A stretch of 64,000 bases of DNA from Octopus sinensis (lineage: Eukaryota). The position numbers and the translations under genes are program-made. The stretch is taken from assembly GCF_006345805.1 (NCBI RefSeq), contig NC_043010.1:2108001-2172000 (forward strand), given 5' to 3'. Below are positions 25,290 to 37,745 of the stretch, one piece after another (position 1 is the stretch's first letter; the number at the start of each line of letters is the position of its first letter). Below the pieces are notes generated by a model, which saw nothing but the letters and a program-made list of their open reading frames with translations, was not told where the DNA came from and did no database searches.

Positions 25290-26730
25290 CCATCCCCTGT
25301 ATATCATCATCTGAAATCCAGATACAAACTGCTGTCCTTGAAAGCCCGTAGTTTATGCAACAAGGGGCATCTTTTTGACTCTTACGTCAAAAGTATCAAC
25401 CAAGATTTATTCCTAACTCCAGCTGCTGTAATCAACTCATCGAGTTTCTTGAGGACGTTACCCAAATCACTGATCACGGATCCTGGGTGGATGTTGTTTA
25501 CCTGGACTTTGCTAAGGCTTTTAACTCTGTGCAACACAAAAGACTTATGGTGAAGCTCTCTGCATTGGGTGTAAGAGACGAACTCTATAACTGGTTGAAG
25601 TCCTTTATTTTCGGCCGAAAAGAGGTTGTCACAGTTCTAGGACAGCACTCTTCGCCCTATGAGATGACATCTGGTGTACCACAGGGATCTGTTCTTGGCC
25701 CCCTTTTATTTGTTGCATATGTTAATGACATAGATGCCAACTTAAAGAATGCCACAGTGCTGAAATATGCAGATGACATCAAGCTGTACCTCGAAATAAA
25801 GAGGTCAGATCCTGTACACTATAAATCTCTATTGCAAGCAGACTTGGACACAATGTAGCAGTGGATCATGGACTGGCAACTCAAGCTGGCTGTGGAAAAA
25901 TGTACCACCATGTATTTTGGGAAGAGAAACCCAGCGTCCACCTACTGCCTCCACAACACTAATCTCAAAAAGTCTTTGTGTGAACGTGACCTGGGTGTTA
26001 CTGTCAACAGTGATTTGCGTTGGACAAAACACATCGCTAAAATTGTCAAGAAGGCTGAGGGTGTCTTGGCATCACTCACCAAGTCCTTTGGGAGCCGCTC
26101 TCCGACTATCTATCTGCGGCTTTATATAGCTATGGTAAGACCTCACCTGGAATTTGCATCACCGGTCTGGAACCCCTATCTTGCCCAGGATATCAATTGT
26201 CTGGAAGCCGTTCAGCGACGTGCAACCAAAAGAATACCCTCCATCAGGCATTTGCCATATTCTGAACGCCTTACTTCTCTGGACACATTGAAACTCCGAC
26301 GTCTGGCAGCTGACTTGGCAGACACCCATAAAATTATCAACCATCTTACAAACAATAACTCTGAGCACCTTTTCGAACTCCACCCGTCTAACACCCGTGG
26401 ACATGTTTACAAAGTCAGAAAACAGCACAGCTCTCATGACTTTAGGAAACATTTTTTCATGCTGAGAGTTGCTGAAGTATGGAACAAACTGCCGGCATCA
26501 GTTGTTAGTTGTCGGAGCACTGCATCCTTCAAAACTTCCATGCTTTCTGAGATTCGCCGACACTACACTTGATTTTCTCCCCTCCATACACACGCAAGCA
26601 TGTATCTGACTCATACATTGTTCGCTTTCCAGACATTTGTACATTACTGCATATACTTTATATGCACTTTCTGACAAGTTGTGGTGCACCTGAGCCCTGT
26701 ATACAATCATTTCATTATTATTGTTATTAT
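25290..26730 (+). pseudogene. CR1-clade LINE, 5'-truncated: reverse transcriptase, C-terminus, 3' UTR and (ATT)n tail
   Basis: VVYLDFAKAFNSVQH, SGVPQGSVLGPLLF, YADD, ERDLGV, VRPHLEFASPVWNPY, LEAVQRRATK and TRGH. One in-frame TAG at 25856-25858 separates the ORFs 25487-25858 and 25868-26572; the region upstream of 25487 is frameshifted. Confidence 0.95.
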
Positions 26731-26771
26731 TAACAACAAATTCACAGCCAGCCCTTGTCACTCATAACATT

Positions 26772-27428
26772 CATTGGCAGAATTGTTAGCATGCAGGGCA
26801 AATTGCTCAATGACATTTTGTCTATCTTTATGTTCTGAGTTCAAATTCCGTTAAGGTCAACCTTGTCTTTCGTTCTTTTGGGGGTGGATGAAATAAGTAT
26901 CAGTTATGCATTGGGGGTCGATGTAATCGACCAGTCCCCTCCCACAAAATATCAGGCCTTGTGCTTTTAGTAGAAAAGATTATTATTATTATTATTATTA
27001 TCATCATCATTATTATTATTATTATTATTGCTGCTATTGTTGTTGTTTGGGAAGCTGGTATGCTGGGTGAAATGCTTAGCAGCATTTTGTCTGTCCTTAC
27101 ATTCTGAGTTCAAATTCTGGCAAGATTGATTTTGCCTGGGGTCAATGTAATCAACTACGCCCTACCCCAAAATTTCAGGCCATGTGCCTGTAGTAGAAAT
27201 AATAATAATTATTATTATTTGGTGAGCTAGCAGAATCATTAGCACACCAGACAAAATGCTGTGTGACATTTCTTCCAGTTTTACATTCCAAGTTCTAATT
27301 CTGCTGAGTTATACTTAGTCTTTCATTCTTTCAGGGTTGATAAATGAAGTACCAGTTGAGCACTGGGTTCCATGTAATTGACTTATCCCCTTCCTGAAAC
27401 TTGCTGGCCTAGTGCCAAAATTTGAAAC

Positions 27429-27459
<31 letters not shown>

Positions 27460-27890
27460 TAAAGTAGTAAGCTGGCAGAATTATTAGCATGCTGAGTAAA
27501 ATGCTTAGTGGCATATTTTTCATCTTTAAAGTCTGAACACAAATTCTGCCAAGGTAAACTTTGCCTTTCATCCTTTAAGTACCAGTTAAGCACTGGAGTC
27601 AATATCATCTGTTAAAATTCTCCCCTAAAATATGTTGGGTCTTGCACCTATAGGAGAAAATGTTATTAAGAGGGCAGTGACCTGCCACAACCAGCACTTC
27701 AGGCGAAATGCTTCGTAGCATTTCTGCCTCATTACATTCTGAGTTCAAATTCCACCAAGGTTGACTTTGCCTTTTATCCTTTTGGGGTCAATAAATTAAG
27801 TACCAGTGAAGCTCTGGGGTTGATGTAATTGACAAGTCTCCTCCCAACAAATTTCAGGCTGTGTACCTTTAGCAGAAAGGTTTATTATTA
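26772..27890 (+). mobile_element. Head-to-tail cluster of about five SINE B variants separated by (ATT)n
   Basis: Repeated GAGCTGGCAGAAT..TTAGC / CTGAGTTCAAATTC / GGGGTC.ATGTAAT / AAAATTTCAGGCC units starting near 26772, 27045, 27222, 27462 and 27675. Confidence 0.85.
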
Positions 27891-28743
27891 TCATTATTAT
27901 TATTTTTTTTTTTTTTTTTTTAACTGTATATAGTAATTTTTTTGCTTTTCAGAGACTGATTTTAATTAGCTTTTGTTATTTTCTGAGTGATATTAGTCCA
28001 TGTTAAATCTGCATCATTTCAAAAAGAAAAAGAAAATTTATATCTTTTTCTGATTAAATTTTTATTGATTTATTCAGAAATAAAAAGTCCCTTGTGAAGA
28101 GATAGCAGAATAAAGATGGTAGAGACTGGAAGCTTTAACAGTATGATGGGGATAATGTGTGTTTTGTCACTGATCTAGAATTACAAAATTTTAGTGATAA
28201 ATACTAGCAACATGTAACAAAATATAATAAACATATCATCATTAAAATATGAGTGTGTACATGCTTACACACACACAAACCTATTCATTTTGAGCAGGTG
28301 TCTTCAACTCTAGCCTCAGGCAGACTAATATCTTTTGCTTGAATTTGGTAGGCAGGAACTAAAAGTCCGTCTTGTGTGAAAGTGCTCATGACCTTTTGAT
28401 GGGGTGCAGGTATACAAATATATATATAAATATATCATAATATGTACATTATGTATATATATGTTAAAGTGTTTGTGTGTATTAAGCATGCATATATGTA
28501 TGTACATATACATATCTATCTATTTATCTATCTCTATAAATATATATAATCAGTATTCATATATCCAAAAGCACAGTAATATATTTCTTAGGAAGTTAAA
28601 AGTTAAGATCAGCCAAAGAGTGAACATTGCTTTCACACCTATAAAGCACTTAGCAGTATGGGTGCAAAACCAACGGTCACTCTATGATGGGCCCTAACTT
28701 TTAACTTACTAAAATATATATATATATATATGTGCATATGCAA

Positions 28744-28806
<63 letters not shown>

Positions 28807-29396
28807 AAACAAGAGAGAGATACATATATACAGAGACACACTCAAAATCTGTATACAAATAAACATGTATGTGTGTGTGTATATATATATATAATTAAAA
28901 TCCTGGTCGCTTATGTTCATAGCATGCTAAATTCTTCTCAAGAACAATTCTTAGTGGTTCAGACCCTTGCGGACCTATTTTTAGCGTTAGAGCGTCCACA
29001 TAGTGGATTTTCTCTCATATTTGTGTGTATATATATATATATATATATAGACTCACAAATATACATACAAATGCATGCAACATATACACATACAAATACA
29101 CACATGACCCCCTGATGCACGTATTCATGCATCTTAACAGAATTATATTGATATGCAAATCGTTTATATATAGCTGTGCCACACCTAAGCATTGTTGTGC
29201 ACCTGAGCACTGCATACAATAAGCTTATTATTATCATTATTATTATTGTTATTGATAGAAATTACTTTATTATCATTTTCACTGTTTACACACATTTATT
29301 TATATAGCCCTTCATTGTATTGTCCTATACTGTCCGTGATGTTTTTGAGAACCCTTAATATTAAATAAAGAAAGCATTATTATTATTATTATTATT

Positions 29397-30100
29397 GAGG
29401 GAGTGAGCTGACAGAATCATTAGCATACTGGACAAGATGCTTAGCAGCTGAGGTTGATTTAAGCGACTTACCCCTCCCCTTAAATTGCCGGCCTTACATC
29501 AAAATTTGAAGCCATTCTTTCATCTTCACATTCTGAGTTCAAATTCCACCGAGGTCAACTTTGCCTTCCATCCTTTCGGGGTCGATAAATGAAGTACCAG
29601 TCAAACACTGAAGTCAATGTAATTGACTAATCCCCTCTGCCAAAATTTCAGGCATTCTGCCTGTAGAACAAAGGATTACTATTATTACTGAGGGAGTAAT
29701 TGTTAGTAATTGGCCGAATTGTTAGCATGCTGGACAAAATGCTTATTGCATTTTCTCCTTCTTTAGATTCTGAGTTCAAATCCCACCAAGGTCGACTTTG
29801 CCTTTCTTCCTTTTGAGGTTGATAAAATAAGTAACAGTTGAGCTCTGGAGTTGATTTAATCAATCTCCACCCTCCTCAAAAACTGCTAGCCTTTTGCCAA
29901 AATTTGAAACCATGATTATTATTATTATTATTATTAATAATAATAATAATAAATAAGGGCAGTGACTAGCCAGAATTCTTAGCACACTAGACAAAATGCT
30001 AAGTGTTCAAATTCCACCAAGGTCGACTTTACCCTTCATCCTCTCAGGGTCAATAAAAAAGTATGAGTTGAGCATGGTAGTCAATGTAATTGACTTATTC
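29397..30100 (+). mobile_element. Second cluster of three SINE B variants separated by (ATT)n
   Basis: Same motifs as the 26.8-27.9 kb cluster. Confidence 0.8.
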
Positions 30101-30519
30101 TCTCATAAATCAGTTCTCTCCAGCCATAGAAGCCAAGCCAAAACAGACTGGAGCCTGGTGCAGCTCTCTGGCTTACCAGTTCCAGTCAAACTGTCTAACC
30201 CATGCCAGCATGGAAAGCAGACAGTAAATGATGATGAGGAGGATTTATTCTTTTACTTGTTTCAGCCATTTGACTGCGGCCATGCTGGAGCACTGCATTT
30301 AGTTGAACAAATCAACTACAGGACTTATTCTTTGTTAGACTAGCAGTTATTCTATCAGTCTCTTTAGCCAAACCGCTATGTTACGGGGATGTAAACACAC
30401 CAACATTGGTGTCAAGTGATGGTGGTGGGGACAAACACAGACACACAAATACATACATGTGTGCATGTGTGTGTGTGTGACTGTGTGTATAATATATATA
30501 TATATATATATAATATATA

Positions 30520-30737
30520 TATATAATATAATTCGAGACAAAACCACTATTTTAAAACCAAACAAAGAAAGACTTAATCAATACATAAAATTTTAATATA
30601 AATTAAATAATTATTTTATTTATTTATTTAATTTAATTTATTTATTTTATTTAATTTATATTAAAATTTTATGTATTGATTAAGTCTTTCTTTGTTTGGT
30701 TTTAAAATAGTGGTTTTGTCTCGAATTATATTATATA
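30520..30737. repeat. Perfect inverted repeat with 91-bp arms and a 36-bp spacer
   Basis: 30520-30610 is the exact reverse complement of 30647-30737, checked base by base. Confidence 0.95.
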
Positions 30738-31114
30738 ATATTTTACTATAAAATTGGATTTAACCCTAAATCTGATTTTTCCCTGTAATTTTGGATTCAT
30801 TCCCTAATATTTATTATATATATATATATATATTCAAAGCAATGATTAGTAAATTCATGAAACCGGTATGCTTTTGAATCTCTTTAACAATTCATAATAA
30901 TGACTTTTATTACTTTTATTCCTACCTCAGTTCATCTAATTGTATATATCTATCGTTACTTTTCATAAAAAGCCTTTACTTTTTTTGATTTCCAATGTGC
31001 ATTTTTGCTTATTTTTCTTCTTACTTTCCCACATATATATAAACCGGAGTAAGCACATAAATGTGAAACAAGGTGGAAAAAAGAGTACTCAAATACCAGA
31101 GGTAGAGTAATATG

Positions 31115-31247
31115 CTTTATTTAAAAGCAGCAGAAATATAACAAAAGCTGTTACTTGGAGTTAAAATTTAACAAAACTGTCCGACAAACGGGAATGTGAA
31201 ACTCCGATTAACAGCTTTTGTTATATTTCTGCTGCTTTTAAATAAAG
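31115..31247. repeat. Inverted repeat with perfect 39-bp arms
   Basis: CTTTATTTAAAAGCAGCAGAAATATAACAAAAGCTGTTA (31115-31153) pairs with 31209-31247. Confidence 0.95.
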
Positions 31248-31765
31248 TACATATATATATATATATATACACACACACACGATGGGCTTCTTTCAGTTTC
31301 TGTCTACAAAATCCACTTGTCCATGGTACCATGCAGTAGGACTGAACCCAGAACCATATCATTGTTATTGATAGAAATTACTTTATCATTTTCACTGTTT
31401 ACACACGTTTATTTATGTAGCCCTTCATTGTATTGTCCTATACTGTCCGTGATGTTTTTGAGAACCCTTAATATTAAATAAAGAATGCATTATTATTATT
31501 ATTATTATTGAGGAGGGGAGCTGACAGAATCATTAGCATACTGGACAAGAGGCTTAGCAGCTGAGGTTGATGTAAGCGACTTACCCCTCCCCTTAAATTG
31601 CCGGCCTTACATCAAAATTTGAAGCCATTCTTTCATCTTCACATTCTGAGTTCAAATTCCACCAAGGTCAACTTTGCCTTAAAATTTAACAAAACTGTCT
31701 GACAAACGGGAATGTGAAATTCCGATTAACAGCTTTTGTTATATTTCTGCTGCTTTTAAATAAAT

Positions 31766-31796
<31 letters not shown>

Positions 31797-31880
31797 GATG
31801 GGCTTCTTTCAGTTTCTGTCTACAAAATCCACTTGCCCAAGGTACCGTGCAGTGGGACTGAACCCAGAACCATATCATTG
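31163..31880 (+). repeat. Local complex duplication B-A'-B'
   Basis: B is 31163-31364 and B' is 31681-31880. A' (31361-31680) is a copy of A (29245-29567). Confidence 0.92.
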
Positions 31881-32350
31881 AGAAGCGAGCTTCTTACCAC
31901 ACAGCTACTCCTGCACCTATAAAAAATTACATGCCCCAAGAAAAGCACATTTTTAATTGATGACTACACCAAACATTACCAATCATTCCTATAGTGCTAG
32001 CATATTTAGACATAGGGAAATGGATACAAAATACCAATTAGACCAATATATCTGGAAATTTAAGCTAACACAATGTTATCAAGGCAACCCCAAAAACTCT
32101 AAATTAAAAGTGTGATTTTTCCCCATTCATATGCATATCATCATATACACCAGATTCCTTGAAATGTCTCTAAGCCATAATTGGATTTACTTACCATACA
32201 CAAAAAATTACCTAAGAAGTTAATTCTATTTAAATTCATTAGTGTCTGACTGCTTGATTAAAGTTAACTGAGTTCACTTAATACTGAGTGTTTTCTAGAA
32301 ATCTGCCTGGATTTATTAATCCCTTTAACCTTTTGTCATATATATATATA

Positions 32351-32423
<73 letters not shown>

Positions 32424-32440
32424 GTGTGTGTGTGTGTATA

Positions 32441-32501
<61 letters not shown>

Positions 32502-32512
32502 GTACACACACG

Positions 32513-32875
32513 CGCAGGAGTGGCAACCACATTGTTCCGGGTTCCTTCCCACTGTGTGGCACCTTGGGCAAGTGTCTTCTACTATAGCCTCGGGCCAACC
32601 AAAGCCTTGTGAGTCGATTTGGTAGATGGAAACTGAAAGAAGTCCGTCATATATATGTATGTGTGTGTATATGTTTGTGTGTCTGTGCTTGTCCCCCCAA
32701 AATCACTTGACATCTGATGCTGGTGTGTTTACGTCCCCGTAACTTAGCGGTTTGGCGAAAGAGACCGATAGAATAAGTACAAGGCTTACAAAGAATAAGA
32801 CCTGGGGTCGATTTGCTTGACTAAAGGCGGTGCTCCAGCATGGCCCCAGTCAAATAACTGAAACAAGTAAAAGAG
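32513..32875 (+). mobile_element. SINE family A, near full length
   Basis: Colinear with 3061-3430, with a short deletion in the head. Confidence 0.9.
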
Positions 32876-33220
32876 TATATTTATATATACACACATATAC
32901 ATATATACCTATTCCTAATGATGGATTTTTCCTGTTGAAGATGATGTATCTGCGTTCAGCTTTTGCTGAATGACCTGCACAACTGATTTGTTTATAGAGA
33001 TCAAATGTTCACATGCCACACATTAGCTCCCTCTCTCCATCAAATTGACTTTGTCTCAACAGGTGTACTGTGTACCATGTGTCAGGTGTCAAAGTGATCA
33101 CAGAGCAACATGAGACGAAGTGTTTTACTCAAAAACAAAATACACCACTCAGTCTAGGAATTGAAATCCTGATTGCTAGATAATGAGATTAACACCCTAA
33201 CCACTTGGACATGCACCCTC

Positions 33221-33259
<39 letters not shown>

Positions 33260-33937
33260 ATTTCAATGAGAAATGTTTCTTGAATGAGTGATAGCAAATG
33301 CTATATCTTCCTTCATGCTAAACATCTCTTTAGATTTCAGTTGAGATTAAATGATGGATATTAATTGTATAAACATATACGTCCATTATGGAAACTTATA
33401 AACAATGATTATTTAGATAAACCCTTTCAAATACATGCACACACACTGCTTTTCTACTGTTTCCAATTGCTAAACTTCACTGACAAGTTATTGGTTACCT
33501 CAATAATGGAGAAGACATTTACTTAAAGTCCTGTGGATTGGGAATGAAATCAGAAACACACCATGGCAGGGCAAACTTTTAATCAAGCACTATGACTACC
33601 CCTACAGATATGTGTGTGTGTACATACATGCACATATACAGAGCAATGCACACACAGGTTAGATACATACATACATACATACATACACATTATATAAAGT
33701 ATTATTGATTTACCAATATCTATATGGATATATGGATCTATACATAATAAGGTAAACAGCTGTTTTAATGGAGATATCATTTCACGAATATTTATGGATA
33801 TTTTGATCTTTCTAGAGTAACAAAAGAAAAGTTATTCTATTTATATAGCTTTCTTTACTGATATATAGAAGTTGAATGCAGGATCTTATGTTCCCATATG
33901 TAGAAAACAGTCCATACACTACACATTATATACACAC

Positions 33938-33973
<36 letters not shown>

Positions 33974-35574
33974 ATGTATGTCTGCTTGTGTAAATACATT
34001 TATATGAACGTACTTGTATAACTGGTTTTGCATGTATATGTGTGTATAAATATGTGTGTGTGTGTGTGCATATAAAAAATATATATGTATGCATGTATAT
34101 ATAAATTATATTTATATGTATATACTTGGGTATACACATATATGTATAGCTTAATATGGGTAGAGCTTCTGAAAAAGACATTGGGTAGATACAAGTGTGT
34201 ATATAAAATAATTTCATTTGGGTATTAATCTTGGAATTTACCCTAGTAAGCTCATCCAGGTGTTCAAGCTATCAGACTGATGGTAATCCATATACGTTTG
34301 TTATATCAAGCACATGCCTGAAAATCATGATGCCTCCAGCAGGCAAAAAGAGGACGACACTCACCTCTCCCCCCCACTTCCCCTCTTGTACTTCCTCTTT
34401 CGGTCAGCCTCTTGACCATTAACGTCATGACCATCTTCTTCTAGCTCACCCCCCTCCCCACCTGATCTCAAAGATCACTTCCTCACTTCATGTCAAAATC
34501 TACCACCCACCCAGGTGGGTGCCTTGCACATTGTGATCTTCTTAAGCTGGTCAGCCCCTTGACCATTGATGCCATGACTCTTCTTTTGGCTCATCCCCAC
34601 AGATGGGAACTTCAAACATCCACTTTTCTATGCTTGCATGAGTTAGACAAAATTTTGTTTAGGTAAATTTTCTACAGCTGGATGTCCTTCCTGTTGCAAA
34701 CCCTCACTTGTTTCCAAGTAAGGAAATAATTCATCATGGACCATCCATGAAGAAAGGACACCACTTGCATGGTGGTAGCATTCATTTACAACTATTACGA
34801 GTTGTCAAGGCAAAGGACAGTAACACACACAGACACACACAACAAGCTTCTTTCAGTTTCCATCAATGAAATCCATTCACAAGGATTTAGTCAGCCAAGG
34901 GCTATAATAGAAGGCACTTGCCCAAGGTAACATACAGTAGGGCTGAACCTAGAACCATGCGTTTGGAAAGCAAACTTCTTGCTACACAGCCAAACCTGTT
35001 CCTTTGCATGTGTGTGTGTGTGTGTGTGATATATAAAATAATGAAATATAAAATGGTGTAAGATGAGAAAAAATAAGTGGTACATATCTCCCAAATATTT
35101 TCAATATGCTACTTCAAAAACGAAAAGAGCAAAAGCAGGGTAATCATAGGGTTCTCCTCTATATTGTGGCATTATGGCAGTGGACAATGAGAAATCTTCT
35201 TGTAAGAAATATTCTTACAAGTTTCACCAATATCAGTCTGTTTGAATTTATAGACCACTTCATTGCTTAGTTATGGTTACTTTAGCGAAAGCAGTTTTGA
35301 GGTTATTAAGTGCAATGCTTGAATTATATCGACTAATTGGTTTAGGTTGTTGTTGTGCAAGTAAGGTGGGCCAAGACATTTGTAGTTGGCTTTAAATATA
35401 GTAATCTGCTTTATCTTATTCTATAAGCCATTTTCATGTTTTCTGTAATTGAAGTGTGTATATATATATATATATAATAATGTAATAAATAAAATATATG
35501 CATACATACATACATATATGTACCTACCTACATCTACATGTATATATACATGCATATATAAATATATATATGTG

Positions 35575-35850
35575 AGTACAGGACACCACAAATAGACGTA
35601 GAACTCAAGGAGAAACGAAAACATAAAAACAAGGGAACGGACTTTTTTTAGCAACGAAAAAACAGGACAAACAACACACGGAACATTCCCCTTCATCAGC
35701 TGTCCCCGGTTCGACTCCATGCATGTTTCAAAGGTAAGGACAGGACACGCTTGTCGGACCGGTCCTTCCTGCAAGGGAATTAAATAAAATTCCCTTGCAG
35801 AGGAGTAAAACAAGGAAAGAAAAAAATGTGACAAGAACAGGACGTTCCCA
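35575..35850. mobile_element. Unclassified interspersed repeat containing a perfect 13-bp hairpin
   Basis: GC-richer segment between (TA)n tracts. CTGCAAGGGAATT-AAATAA-AATTCCCTTGCAG at 35769-35800. Only one copy is visible here, so the repeat status is inferred. Confidence 0.45.
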
Positions 35851-35869
35851 GTATCCTTTTATATATATG

Positions 35870-35902
<33 letters not shown>

Positions 35903-35918
35903 ACACACATACATATAA

Positions 35919-36130
35919 GAGGGTTGCTGAAAAGTTCCTGGCTTTTAGTAAAAGAAAATACAAGAGGAACAGTTAATTATGATTTTATTGAACATATACC
36001 ACCTCTCAAATTCACACACTTATTGCAGCAGTTCTTCAGTTTCTTGAAGCCCTGTAAAAGAACTCAAAAGGTTGAGCCTCCAACCAGGCCTTTTGTGATA
36101 CTCTTAAAACCAAGAATTTTCAGCACCCTC
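35919..36130. mobile_element. Mariner-derived MITE (~212 bp)
   Basis: TIRs GAGGGTTGCTGAAAAGTTCCTGG and CCAAGAATTTTCAGCACCCTC. The interior resembles a mariner 3' end. A second copy lies at 5383-5813 and a TIR fragment at ~61538-61552. Confidence 0.85.
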
Positions 36131-36224
36131 TCATTCATATATATATATTTATATATAAAACATTTATTTGTGTGTGTATGATATATATGTACATGTCTGT
36201 ATAATTTCTGAGTATATATATTCT

Positions 36225-36441
36225 TTTTATTCTTTTATTCTTTTACTTGTCTCAGTCATTTAACTGCATCCATGCTGGAGCACCGCCTTTAATCGAACAA
36301 ATCAACCCCAGGACTTATTCTATGTAAGCTTAGTGCTTATTCTATTGGTCTCTTTTGCCAAACTGCTAAGTTACTGGGACATAAACACACCAGCATCGGT
36401 TGTGGGGGGAGACAAACAGAGACACAAATAAACACATAGAC

Positions 36442-36473
<32 letters not shown>

Positions 36474-36637
36474 GATGGGCTTCTTTCAGTTTCCATCTAC
36501 CAAATCAACTCACAAGGTTTTGGTCAGCCCGAGGCTATAAGTAGAAGACACTTGCCCAAGGTGCCACGCAGGGGGACTGAACTCGGAACCATGTGGCCCG
36601 TAAGCAAGCTACTTACCACACAGCCACACCTGCGCCT
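36225..36637 (-). mobile_element. SINE family A, full length
   Basis: Reverse complement is colinear with 3061-3430. Confidence 0.9.
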
Positions 36638-37063
36638 ATATATATATATATATAAAACATTTATATATATGTACATGTCTATATAATTTCTGAGTATATA
36701 TATATTATATAATACTCTTTTATGTATTACTAGTATATATTTGTGTAGCCAGTCTTTGCATGTGTATGTATTCTTATAATACTCCCTTTTGTTTTGGAAT
36801 AAATAGACATCATAGAATGTCCACTGGCTGATGCATGTCATTTTTGTATTCCCTCCATTTTCTTTTTGCCATATAAATTAAGGGTAAACCATTTTTTACC
36901 CCTGCCCTTATATGACATTCGTTGGGGAAATTGCCACGCAATAACCAGCACTTGGGTATTAATAATTGGGCCTACTACCAGCAGTATATTGGATAGGTAC
37001 TATCCCTTAGTTGGTTGGCTTCCCGACCCCTAACTCTTAGGGAAATATATATATTTATATATA

Positions 37064-37745
37064 TAGGGGTTGGACAAAATAATGGAAACACCTAGCATCA
37101 TAATTTTGAAATATCTGTAAAACCATCAAAAGCTTTTTTATTTTTATGTGTTTTGATTTATTATTAGTGTTGCTTAATATGTTTTGTTAAAATTGTTGTT
37201 TCTTTTCAGATATCATCAGAAAAAGGTAATTAAAATTAAGATGACAGATCTATCGGACTTTCAAAGAGGTCAAATTGTTGGTGCTCGATGGCAGGTGCTA
37301 GTATAATGGAAACAACCAAAATGTTTGGTGTATCAAGAAGTATTGTCTCAAAAGTAATGACAGCCTTTGAGGAAGAGGGGAAAAAGGGAAGCAACCCTTG
37401 AGGGTGATAATGCACCAATTCACACAACTAAAGTTGCTACAGAATGGCACAAGTTGCTACAGAATGGCCACCACAGTCCCCAGATCTCCATATTATTGAA
37501 CATTTATGGTACATTTTAGAAAAACAAGTAATGAGTTGATATCCTCCACCATGACCACTACAAGAACTGGAGACTGTTTTAGCTGAAGAATGGAGAAAAA
37601 TTCCTTTGGAAATAATTCAAACTTTGTTTGAGTCCATACCTCATAGGATTCAAACTGTAATTACTTCTAACAGTGGTCCTACCCCATATTAAAATAAATT
37701 TGTTTAAAATTTTAAGGTGTCTCCATTATTTTGTACAACCATCTA
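37064..37745 (+). mobile_element. Internally deleted Tc1 (DD34E) element with both TIRs and TA TSD
   Basis: TIRs TAGGGGTTGGACAAAATAATGGAAACACC and GGTGTCTCCATTATTTTGTACAACCATCTA, flanked by TA. Translation gives MTDLSDFQRGQIVGAR...FGVSRSIVSKVM, DNAPIHT, WPPQSPDLHIIEHLW and SGPTPY*. Confidence 0.92.
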
